This document shows positions 36,801 to 46,200 of a stretch of 62,795 nt of DNA, in pieces. The DNA comes from a virus (taxonomy: Duplodnaviria > Caudoviricetes): positions 1 through 62,795 of the IMG/VR virus record IMGVR_UViG_3300027754_000091; one strand, given 5' to 3'. How positions within the stretch are numbered: the first letter of the stretch is position 1; every line of letters begins with the position of its first letter. Under the pieces are notes generated by a model, which searched no databases, was not told where the DNA came from, and was given only the letters and a program-made list of their open reading frames with translations. The translations under genes were made by a program, and so were the position numbers.

Positions 36801-38679
36801 TTAATCTTGGTGTAATTGGAATAAAACCCACTTTGAAAAGTTCAGATGAACCAATCTGAGTTACCCCACCAAATATTCCAAAAAGAAATCTCGATAAAGT
36901 ATCTTGTCCAAGCTCTGATCTTTCTTTTTCTGGCCCTAAAGCTAATACTGATTGTGGCAAAGATACATGAACATGTTCTACACCATTTACCATTACATAC
37001 TTATCAGACACATTTAATTTTATATAATTGTAAACTCCTAATTTATAAGCATCTGGACTTGTGTCATCTAAGCTACCTTGTCCTGGAATTTCTTGTATTA
37101 CTGCCCAATTTTGCAGTTTTCCTTTAGGGTCTTTAAACTGTCCATCAAATATTTCTTTTGGAATGCTTGCAAATGGACTAGAAGCAACTTGAGTTGGGTC
37201 CATCCACCCGCTTTGAGATGGGAGAATGTTGTATGTTCCCTTTTGGTCATCTGTTAATGGGTCTTGTGCTGCTTTTTTTTCTAACTTATTTCTTACTGTT
37301 AAACCGCCAGTTACGCTAGTTTCACCATCAGGACCGATGTTGTTGAATTTTCCTTTAAGATTAGAACCAAGCCCACTATTTACTTGAACCAAATATTGTT
37401 TTCCCCAATATGTTTCACAATAACTTTTTAAATACGCAAATAATCTTGCTGCTCTTCTTACGCCAATATCGTTTTCTTTTTCTGAAAAACTTCTTTTTAA
37501 TTGAAATGAACCAGCACCTCCAAAGCGACTCCAATAAAGCCTATCAGCATCCCAATCTCTAGGTGCTCTTAAAAATATGTTTTGATATCTTGCCCCCTGA
37601 TAAAGCTCAAGATAAAATTCCCAAGCTTCTTGAGAACCCATAACGCATTGTAGTTCTGTAGAATTTGTTAAATAAATATTTCCACCTTCTATATCTTCAA
37701 TACCGATAGCTGGAATTGGTATATTTAACATTTTGTCATAAAAATAAAATTCACCCAATAAATTGTAATCTGTTGTTGGCTCGTAGTTGATTGTGTACTG
37801 GGCGTTTCCATTAATGTCTGTTCCCCAATACTGTTTAATAACTGCATTCATTGGATCAAAATTAGTGCCTGATCCTTTGTCAAACAATATGGTTTGTTCT
37901 TTTGCCCCACCCCACACAACAAAATTAGAAGTTATTCCAGTTGTTGCTTCATTTCCAGCATCCCAAGATATGCATTTTTTATTTAATGCCATTGTCTTTA
38001 TGGTGTCTACAACTTTTTGATTAGCTGCATCTTGTGCAAGAGATTGGATTTTTACCCTAAAAGTTTTTCCTTCTAAAACTAATCTCCACATATGACCAGT
38101 GGCTTCACATATTTGTGAAATAACATCTAGTAATCCAACTTTTGGCCCAGGTATTCTATAATAATCAGGAAGACCTGTTAATATTGCAGATATATCAACG
38201 CTATAAGTTTCCGCACCATTTTTAACTCCACATAGACCAGACATTGCTGCAACACCCGCAACAAATACATTGGCACTCATTCCAGATGAATTAGAATTTG
38301 CTTTTCCGTAACCACTTGATTCATAATATCTAAAAATATTAAAATAATTATCAACTAAACAAATTTTGTCATCTTTGTTACCATACAAATTTCCAACGAT
38401 ACATTGAACATTTCTTAAAATTTCTTTACCTTCGCTCAATGTTGCTTCATAAGTAATACCACTACTACTGTGTCTTTCTACAACCCTGTCTAAAAAACCA
38501 ACAAAATTAAACGATTTAAATGAAAAATCTTTAACCTCGCCAATTGTATAAGCCCCTATAGACTCACCATCTTCGGGAGCCATCTTTATCGTTAGAGTTG
38601 AACCAGCATCATTCCATCCAACACTAGATGAAAAATCTATAACTTTAAGATTAAGAAAAGGCTGTATACTAAACGGCAT
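33895..38679 (-). CDS. Large tail tip/hub or central fibre protein with C-terminal Cys-rich repeats and Thr tracts
   Basis: Hub-like N-terminus (FSSSVGWNDAGSTLTIKM, ITSISASYGPNGVTSQYSFRTF); downstream of TMP; start MPFSIQ at 38679 avoids overlap with the upstream gene. Confidence 0.6.
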   Translation of the reverse strand: MPFSIQPFLNLKVIDFSSSVGWNDAGSTLTIKMAPEDGESIGAYTIGEVKDFSFKSFNFVGFLDRVVERHSSSGITYEATLSEGKEILRNVQCIVGNLYGNKDDKICLVDNYFNIFRYYESSGYGKANSNSSGMSANVFVAGVAAMSGLCGVKNGAETYSVDISAILTGLPDYYRIPGPKVGLLDVISQICEATGHMWRLVLEGKTFRVKIQSLAQDAANQKVVDTIKTMALNKKCISWDAGNEATTGITSNFVVWGGAKEQTILFDKGSGTNFDPMNAVIKQYWGTDINGNAQYTINYEPTTDYNLLGEFYFYDKMLNIPIPAIGIEDIEGGNIYLTNSTELQCVMGSQEAWEFYLELYQGARYQNIFLRAPRDWDADRLYWSRFGGAGSFQLKRSFSEKENDIGVRRAARLFAYLKSYCETYWGKQYLVQVNSGLGSNLKGKFNNIGPDGETSVTGGLTVRNKLEKKAAQDPLTDDQKGTYNILPSQSGWMDPTQVASSPFASIPKEIFDGQFKDPKGKLQNWAVIQEIPGQGSLDDTSPDAYKLGVYNYIKLNVSDKYVMVNGVEHVHVSLPQSVLALGPEKERSELGQDTLSRFLFGIFGGVTQIGSSELFKVGFIPITPRLMAIGFVATTNDAYGPWYMNSGKGGLTKVENDSSLTPWEFGSGANLGQVFSAKLKDIQPIDKFETGSLTMVNAPEHQLGDELVANGAIVTSISASYGPNGVTSQYSFRTFTPRFGVTSEVVINRIKQQVLKQNEDRRNILKAYMDTIARQQSSNRAEMGSKIRSFFLDFLGRRHDRMSPHALIVMGIGLADAGPGAYFGLGMYTRTKTLGASYKQTEAVKDVGDKLIDWMQINSKAAASMDTLYVPFRNNIGSAPDTWRPSSGYLPHLWPVTPNTLVSQKFTNYRDPQYERGDKLVDVRQGKVPTCITYNPFKRFCHFDTLMDYKRDYWDNHNRPTEYDLIAGSVGAGSQPIDVNAIALRGPLMVSGWGIDLWTGDVIPSIDYGLTNQFARDPFVKANAPWEAAENKMTGPVDLIWDSARGVWTSHDVVRVQPSATVYGSNFTCNESERLSKAFVRMYANDLLSNQLVEVYNLSSKPQYPATQTLAHYSVYDNRWYIKGEGAIPRYNDLKLQAQIYASICNTIGPNPAPPPPICDYNITTGNEKSSFKYYADFDITEQTTDIYTVARLKDNGETTLCPEHKVVDIVRTHGMNAGVPYVIGLTLCPDGAIVPIINTLWFWHGLAKEIIYPEPGDECDGHEDPDTSTTTTTTTTTTTTTPAPGYCVVETGLGTQCFNCTQYCESQFFLQGPYPKAECESYLPGLNANCAVHLNFDNPCWACYYSATGEFTGPNKLADCEAAAKVYNDGLGYPCVTTTTTTTTPCPTYYLHQNPDTYCHYCSQSEQGNTGIYPGTLVGGVCENGCEAARVLADASSVNCQGCYKITGACDQSTCFTCRSCEIGESGEYTNYDDCILEADLKNSQCVPICTTTTTTTSTTTSTTTTTTTTVAPCVTVVEDVKCQPNSPGNGYASGGGDIWIKTVDVKGCAPVQAVFGGLPNLEVKLLRAELKALTKKFVQLVATLEKNDIKVF
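34835..34870. repeat. (GTGGTAGTA)x4 tandem repeat encoding poly-Thr
   Basis: Four perfect 9-mers; further Thr-coding tracts at about 34525-34550 and 34145-34207. Confidence 0.9.
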
Positions 38680-38705
38680 TTTTTGACCCGCCAATAAAAT
38701 TGTTT

Positions 38706-39950
38706 TTAAACAAAATCCCCGCCATAAGTCCAAGTAACACTTCTGGTAACTTTTCCAGATCTTTCATCATAAGTTTTTTCATCTTTATCAACAAAAGAAT
38801 TTCCTGCTGGCTTATACTTGGCGACCGATGGTTCACCATTACCACCATTCTTATATATTACCGTAATATTTACAGATAAACTACCCTGTTTTTTAGTTCC
38901 AAATCTTTGTAAAATTGGCCCATCTGATTTTCCAATAGCAGCAATAGAAGCATAAAATTCTGTTGGCACATTATCAGTCACATCTACAGTCCTATAAATT
39001 TCACCAGCCTCTTCAATTCCACCAGAAGCATCCATGTTTATCGTTATAGTTCCACTTATGATATTCCTTGCAACAGATATAGACTTTATTTTATCAGTGG
39101 TAGAACCATCATAGCCATCTCCAATTTCTGGAATTGTTATTGTTCCAAGATAAGCATTTGCATTTGCGTACTTATTTCCACCTCCTGGACCAGCAAGACC
39201 TTTTATACTTATTTGTTTTGAAAAACTTTTAAAAATTGAATCAGCAGATTCTTTTATAGAATATGTTTCCTCAACTAAGGCACTTGTGCCACATATAGTC
39301 CAACTTTCTGTGCATTCAACTGAATTTTTTTCAGTATTAACTGTATAGTTAGTGGTTTTATTATAAGCTGAACCTGTTGTGGTTGGCAAATAACTTGCAC
39401 CATCATCAACACTAGATGAAGCTGGTAATTTTGCTATAGCCAATTGATAAGTTGCAGTTTCAGAACTGTTTAATGTAATACTTCTAGATCTTGTCACTTT
39501 TACAAATCTGTTATATTCGTCTGCTGGATCTAAAGACCAATTTTCATCAACTTCTTGTGATTCAAATAAAACCTTTTCAAAAACTATTGTGTAATCAGCA
39601 AAAACACTACTTGGATCGGCCTGATAAGATTTTGATTTTAATTTTACCTTGCCAGAAAGAAAAGGGGCACTCATTGTACCAGTAACAAACAAATTATTTA
39701 CGGAATGAACAACTAGTCCTTCTATTGCTGAATATGCTGCATTTATTATCCCAAGTCTTCCAACTTCATTATCTTGTGCAAGATCTACAACATTTCCGTC
39801 ATTGTCTTTTGCAAGAGAAAGGGCTTTTCCTTTTAAGGTTACCACTAATGTACTTTTTTTTACTTTTCCGTTTTCTTTAAATTCATTTTCTGTTTGTGCT
39901 GTTACAAGGGGTGTTGGAATTATAGTTGTTCCGTTAAGAGTGATTGCCAT
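38706..39950 (-). CDS. Tail tip/distal tail protein, paralog B
   Basis: Beta-rich; colinear motifs shared with 39954-41240. Confidence 0.55.
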   Translation of the reverse strand: MAITLNGTTIIPTPLVTAQTENEFKENGKVKKSTLVVTLKGKALSLAKDNDGNVVDLAQDNEVGRLGIINAAYSAIEGLVVHSVNNLFVTGTMSAPFLSGKVKLKSKSYQADPSSVFADYTIVFEKVLFESQEVDENWSLDPADEYNRFVKVTRSRSITLNSSETATYQLAIAKLPASSSVDDGASYLPTTTGSAYNKTTNYTVNTEKNSVECTESWTICGTSALVEETYSIKESADSIFKSFSKQISIKGLAGPGGGNKYANANAYLGTITIPEIGDGYDGSTTDKIKSISVARNIISGTITINMDASGGIEEAGEIYRTVDVTDNVPTEFYASIAAIGKSDGPILQRFGTKKQGSLSVNITVIYKNGGNGEPSVAKYKPAGNSFVDKDEKTYDERSGKVTRSVTWTYGGDFV

Positions 39951-39953
39951 TTA

Positions 39954-41240
39954 TTACTCCCATATAAAAACTGTAGTTCTTGTTGTTTTTCCAGCAGCAA
40001 GATTTTTTTGTATATTATCAGATTCAATTATGTAATCATCAACACTTGGAGCATATTCTTCTGTGTCTAATGTAGGCTCAGTAAGAGAAACAGCTTCTAT
40101 GGTTACTGTTTTTGTATGAACCTTTTTTATACCAATGTCTTGAAACAATGGTCCTCCACCACCATAAATTGTTTGATGTGTGACATATGTATCTGGTGGA
40201 GCAGCTAATGGACCCATTTCTGTTATATTTACCTTTTTACTTTTTGAACCATCTGTTGGTTTAGGATAATCTTCTACTTGATAATCGTAATTAATTATTC
40301 CTTTAACTTCATCATGGCTTTCTGATGTTGACACAATTGTAATATCTTCGTAAGTTGTAATTAATGCAGCCTTAACAGTTTCCCATAAAACAGATGCTGG
40401 ACCATATCTATCATTGCTTCCACCGTTTAAACCCGATATGGTTCCGCTAATTGAAGTTGTTCCCCTAAAAGAATTAGAATCATGTTTTTGCGTTATTGTT
40501 TGCTCATGAGTAGCTAATGCAGCTTCGCCACTAGCTGGATTATGATATGACAATTCAATATCGGCAGAAACTTCGCCAGTTGATATGTTTACCCTATAAG
40601 ATATTTTTTTATTGTGAGAGTTACTAAATGTTCCATCAGTAGCACTACTTATATCATTTGGTATTGTAGAAGCTATATTTGCATCAACTTTTGCTTTAGC
40701 CTTTTTCCATCCTGATTCCCATATACCGCCAACATTTATATCTTTGCATTTTGAAGAGATTTTGTGAGATACTTTTGTGAATCTGTTATCTTCATCATTT
40801 ACTTCTACGGTCCAAGATTCATCAAAATTTAGATTTATCTGATTTGCTGCTGGAACTTTTACCCCATTGTATACAAATGAATCCGCTTCCATTTCGATGG
40901 TATAATCTGAATAATCAACCCAAATGCCTTCATCAAAAGAAACTGATTTTATCCTACCGCTACAAGAAAATGTTCCAGTTCCATTTCTAGATGTAAATGA
41001 AAAATCCTTTTTTTCGTCATCTGAACTATATTTACATGTAGAATTTATAGCTTGTTGTTGTGCAAGTATATATGCGTGTTTTGTAGCAGTTTTTGCACTT
41101 TGAGAAGCTACTATTTTTCCTTTTACAGATATGTTAAAAAGATATTCTGACAGCTTTCCACTTGTCAAAAATTGTGTTTGTTGAGATACGCTTACTGATT
41201 GTATTGGGTTTAATTGTAAACCATTAAAAATTGCTGGCAT
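39954..41240 (-). CDS. Tail tip/distal tail protein, paralog A
   Basis: Beta-rich; colinear motifs shared with 38706-39950. Confidence 0.55.
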   Translation of the reverse strand: MPAIFNGLQLNPIQSVSVSQQTQFLTSGKLSEYLFNISVKGKIVASQSAKTATKHAYILAQQQAINSTCKYSSDDEKKDFSFTSRNGTGTFSCSGRIKSVSFDEGIWVDYSDYTIEMEADSFVYNGVKVPAANQINLNFDESWTVEVNDEDNRFTKVSHKISSKCKDINVGGIWESGWKKAKAKVDANIASTIPNDISSATDGTFSNSHNKKISYRVNISTGEVSADIELSYHNPASGEAALATHEQTITQKHDSNSFRGTTSISGTISGLNGGSNDRYGPASVLWETVKAALITTYEDITIVSTSESHDEVKGIINYDYQVEDYPKPTDGSKSKKVNITEMGPLAAPPDTYVTHQTIYGGGGPLFQDIGIKKVHTKTVTIEAVSLTEPTLDTEEYAPSVDDYIIESDNIQKNLAAGKTTRTTVFIWE

Positions 41241-41241
41241 T

Positions 41242-43221
41242 TTATACCTCGCTTACTTTTATGAACATGTTCATATCAGCAAAATGGTTTGTGTAAAAAT
41301 TAAGTCCATGCATATGTAAATATAGTTTATTATCTACCCCTACTACAACATTTGGAATGCTTAAATTAACAGAGGAATTTAAATTGTCGTGTCCTTTTTG
41401 AAATAAGTCTACATAATTATTTGAAGGTGCTTTACCTTTTACAAATAAATTCATAATATTTGCATAGTGTTCATTATCTCTAGAAACAAATAAGTCCATT
41501 TGCCCATTATTTGGCAGATAACCTTGAGATGTTCCAGTTCCTTCTATGTAAAGTGTTTTCTGTATGGTTTCACCCAAAGTGTCATTAAACAATGTTAAAT
41601 TTAAATAGTTTTGAATATTTTCTTTAATTGTTAAAGACTCTGTGTATAAACTCATTCCACCAGAAAGATCCCCTATTAATGGAACTTCCATGTATAAATT
41701 AAAACTTTGATGCTCACAGCTTCTAATGAAAAGGTCTATGCCTCTATAGAATATTCTTATTGCCTCATCTCCCTGCATATAAAGGTTTGTTTTACCATCA
41801 AAAGCTATTCTATTTGGACCACTAATATAAAGTGGCAATATTTTTTGAGGGTCTTGTTTTAAAAATAATTGTATTTTTTCATCAACTATGCATTTTACAA
41901 ACATAGTTAAATTTGATTGTATATTTGAAAGTGTGAACAATGAGATTGAATTTTCTGGAAACGATTTTACAAATAATCTTCTAAGTCTTGCACTTTTTCC
42001 AGCACCGTCTATAAACAATGTTGCAGTATTTGAATAAGCACCTCTGATATACAGATTTTTTAAAGATGTGTTTTTAGCGTTTGATTTAACGAATAAGTTT
42101 AATGCAGATGTGGGATCTGCTTTTAAAAACATCATCATGATTTTAATAAAGTCTTTATTACCATGAGTAAATAAGTTTAAATCATTTTCTTCTGCGTTTT
42201 TAATAAATAGTGAGACATTAGGTATTCCAACATCTATTGAATCTAAAAAATAAATTAAAGAAAAACTGTTACTTATGGCAGGGGTTACACAAGGATTTGT
42301 AAACCTTAAGGTAAAATCTCCACCAGGATATATTTTTAAATTTGAAAATGTTGCTATACCATCTACAGCTTGCACCATAGTTGTACCGATAAATGTTCCA
42401 GTTCCAGTATATATTTCTGCTGTGACTCGTAAGTTAGAAGAGGTTACTACTTGATTATAAGCATCTCTAACCTCTATAACCGTATTACCTAAAGTAACAT
42501 TGGTGTAAGTGCCTGTTGGCTGAGTAGTTATGACCAATTGTGTTTCATCAGTTATCTCGTTACAGTAAATAGTTTGTATAAGGTCTATTTCTGTAGAATC
42601 AATTACTTCATCATATATTCTTAAGTCATCTAACTGATAACCGTTAGAGGTATTGGTTATAAAAAATATGTTTGTATTATCAACTATCCCTTCTGTGCTA
42701 AAAGGTATTGAATAATCTAATGTGTTTGGACTTGGTGTTGTACCGTCAAAAAAAAGCTCTTGTTGTGTTCCATTTAACCACAACGATAATGGTTCAGTCG
42801 GACTTTTATAAGCAATTATTATGTTTGTGAACTGTTGATTAAAATCATTTACGCCCAATTTTATTAAAGCTACTCCAGAATCAAAACCATTATTAAATCC
42901 AACGCTTAAGCTGTCTGTCGATGTTTTTATTGAAATATAAAATCTTGTATCTCCACCACCATAAATCTGAAAAATAATATCTTCTTCAACACTTTTTACC
43001 CAAAAAGATATTGTCCAAGGTGCATCTACCGTTGATGGCAATGGGTTTGATTGTGTAAATACGCCACTGGTTAATGGTCCATGATAGCCATCTTGAAAGT
43101 TTAAACACTTTTGAACTAAGCCATCAACAAATGTGACAAGACCTCTAGTATTGGAAAAATCTAAGTTTCCTATACTGTCAGTCAAGTCGTTGTTGAATTT
43201 CCATTGATGCGTTAATGGCAT
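41242..43221 (-). CDS. Tail fibre/adhesin: LamG-like domain, Ig-like domain, C-terminal beta-strand repeats
   Basis: HQWKFNNDLTDSIG, WTISFWVK, LDDLRIYD (LamG); LVITTQP...GIATFSNLKI (Ig-like); about 22 xL[FY][IVM]x[GS]-like repeats. Confidence 0.65.
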   Translation of the reverse strand: MPLTHQWKFNNDLTDSIGNLDFSNTRGLVTFVDGLVQKCLNFQDGYHGPLTSGVFTQSNPLPSTVDAPWTISFWVKSVEEDIIFQIYGGGDTRFYISIKTSTDSLSVGFNNGFDSGVALIKLGVNDFNQQFTNIIIAYKSPTEPLSLWLNGTQQELFFDGTTPSPNTLDYSIPFSTEGIVDNTNIFFITNTSNGYQLDDLRIYDEVIDSTEIDLIQTIYCNEITDETQLVITTQPTGTYTNVTLGNTVIEVRDAYNQVVTSSNLRVTAEIYTGTGTFIGTTMVQAVDGIATFSNLKIYPGGDFTLRFTNPCVTPAISNSFSLIYFLDSIDVGIPNVSLFIKNAEENDLNLFTHGNKDFIKIMMMFLKADPTSALNLFVKSNAKNTSLKNLYIRGAYSNTATLFIDGAGKSARLRRLFVKSFPENSISLFTLSNIQSNLTMFVKCIVDEKIQLFLKQDPQKILPLYISGPNRIAFDGKTNLYMQGDEAIRIFYRGIDLFIRSCEHQSFNLYMEVPLIGDLSGGMSLYTESLTIKENIQNYLNLTLFNDTLGETIQKTLYIEGTGTSQGYLPNNGQMDLFVSRDNEHYANIMNLFVKGKAPSNNYVDLFQKGHDNLNSSVNLSIPNVVVGVDNKLYLHMHGLNFYTNHFADMNMFIKVSEV

Positions 43222-43222
43222 T

Positions 43223-46200
43223 TTATGCCCTCATTTGATCGTTATTGTTGCCCCTAATGGCTGAATCAATCATTCCTGCAACATTAGTTGTTATACCAGA
43301 TAGCGATTGCTGTATTGCTGTCAATACACTTGGAGTATTAAAATTTACATTTAATGATAATGGTGCAATAGCCAAAGTTATTGTTTTTGGTATAAGGCTT
43401 AGTGCAGATGTTAGATTGTTGACTGCTCTTTCAAAAGCAAGACTGCTAGAGTACATGCTTGCTGATGAGCTATTCATCATTGCTGCAACCTTATCAATTA
43501 GCGATATTGATGATGTTATTGTACCAGCAGTTTGTGCAAGATTTGATCCTAATAATGATGCACCAGAAGCCACAGAAGCTGCTACATCTTGTATACTTGC
43601 GAATCCAGCTTTAAGCGTTGTAAGATCAAGGTTAGCACTAGAACTGCCACCGCCACTACCTCCAGTACCATCTTGATAATAGCCAACTTTTCCACCCTTG
43701 GCATAATTATTAACCTTATCTAAAAATGCAGTTCCAACTCTATCTACTGCTGGCTTACTTACAACAAACTCACCCGGTGTTAACATAGCTGGTTGAGTGT
43801 CAGTGCTTGAACCACCGTTGGCAAAACCTCTAAAATAACTAGGCCCAGAACCAAAGACTGAATTTCCTTGTACTCTATTTCTTTGCACATTTGCTAATTG
43901 ATAATAAGGGTTAGGGGTTGGTCGGGGTGGATTAATTTGTTGATACGGTTGATTGTTCTGCGACATTCTTGCATTTTTAATAGTGTCTAAAGCTTTAGTT
44001 GCTGCCACATCTGTATTATTTACTGATAAACTTCCTAGCCCATCTTTTTGCAACTTAGATATTGCCTGTTGAGCTATACTTACATTGCTTCCTGGGGCAT
44101 CTGCAAGGGTTCCAGAAGCTAATGCTTTGTTTGCACTAACGCCTTGGAATGATTGATTTCCAGCTTTGCTAAAGCCAAGCTCATTTATGTAGTCTTTAAG
44201 ACTAACCTTATCATAGTTTTGACCATTGTCGCCATGATTTGGTGGACCACCAATTAATCCAGATATATAACGACTTCCAACAGCCGATGTTCTATATCCA
44301 GTTATTGGTGCTCTAGAAATTTCTTTGTTGTTTAAGATGTCATTAAAAGCTGCATCTTCCTCTGCGAATTTTGCAGCACCAGCCATTTTTGCTGAACCAT
44401 ATGGCGAATCAGATAATGCATTTAATCCACCAACATAATCGGGGATTGGGCTTCTACTGCTAAAAGAAGTGTAACCAGATCCAGATCCACCAAATTCTTT
44501 CGAATGCTTTGGTCCATATTCAGTAGCGTAAGTGTAGCTTCTATATTTTTTATTTAAAAATCCTGATCGATCTGCCCTATAGTTAGCCAAATTACCAAGA
44601 GTGTTTGCATTGACTCTAGGGTTAAAGACTCTAGAAGCTAAATAACCCTCTGTTCCTATGTCAAAATCTGTCCTTTGTCTTTCATATCTGGTAGGTCTAT
44701 ATCGACCACCACTAGCAGGGTCATAATACCCAGTTCCTTGATCAGCCCTTTGATCCATTGGATTGTCATACATTGGTCCAGAGCTTATATATCCCCTGCC
44801 TGGAGATTGTCTAGAATATGCAGCATAAAATGGGTTTATAGCTGTAAGATTACCACCACGGTATAAGTACTTTACCGCCCCACCACTGTTAAGATTTTGC
44901 AAGAGAGGGAGATTAGCGGAAGTTGCCCTAGCATTAACTACATACTCACCAGGAGATAGTATTGCTGGTACAGTATCACTACCCTTTGCCTTAAAGAAGG
45001 ATGGGTCAGGGTTTGGAGCACTGCTTGGAACAATACCGCCAGAGGCGAGAGCAAGAGGTTGTTTTTGACCATTCCAAGAATAGCCTATGTCCTTATTTTT
45101 TGAAAAATATTCAAGTATGTCTTTAGATGAAAGCTCAGATAGTTTTGGTAAGTTTAATTCTTTCCTTATTTTATTGCCGTCAAAGTTATAAAAATCTGTT
45201 TCGTCTAAGACATCGCCTTCAAAGCCTTTATTTATATAGCTTAAAATGTCTTGATCTTTATTATCAAATAGTTTGTTTCCATAAAAAGCTTGAACAATTT
45301 CTTTATTTCTGCCAGAATTTGCTAAAGACTTATTTATGTTTTTAAAATCTATTCTGTTAGTATTTTTTATTCTTTGAGGAATTATACCTTCGTAATTAGA
45401 TATTGGTCTTCCTTCAGCATTTGAAAAACCACTGTTGCTATCTTGATAAAATAATTCCTTGTTTGCGACTATCATTAAATCAATATAAGACTTAAGATCT
45501 TCCACTGTTGTTCGTTCTTTATACACACCGCCAAATAAATCTGTTTCCATTTCTTCTTTTAATTTTTTTATGTATTCCTGATTTTCATTTTCATTTTTAT
45601 TTTTGTTAATATCTTGCGTTGTACTTGTATTACTAAGCTCTTTATACGATGGTGGTATTTCAAACTTTTTACCAATTAAATCATATTCATTTTTTAACTT
45701 TGAAACTTGATTGCTTTTAGTATTTATGTATTCTGGACTTCTATATTTTTGAACAAAACCATTTTCTACTTTAAGAGACTTAAGAATTTCTACAATTTTT
45801 TCTTGTTCTAACATTCCAAGTTTTTCATTTATGCGTGTTCTATTGTCGGCTTCATTTAAATTTATTTTTTCATTTTCTATTTCATATTGTTCTTTAAGAA
45901 TTCCAAAATCATATTCAGACAGTTCTTTTTCTGGAACTATGCCTAATCTTGATGCTATTTCAGCAATCCTGCTTTCATTCTTTCTGTCGTTTAAAATTTT
46001 ATCTTTCAAAGATGATACATTTGTATCTTTGTTAATAAATAATTTAGAAAACACATCTGCTTTATCAGAATCTAAAACGCTTTCGTTTTTTGTTTTGCCA
46101 TCAAGAAATGCTGTACTATAGTTAGCACTATATCTGTCTCTTACTGCTTGTAAAGACTTTTGATCTGCTGTGCCTTTTTGCAACTCAGATATTTCTGACA

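Noticed and set aside
38680-38733. ORF-track N-terminal extensions (starts 38733, 62087, 14843, 9744, 7413, 5653, 1605, 31561)
   Set aside because: Downstream ATGs have a better RBS or stop-start coupling and reduce overlaps, so starts were adjusted
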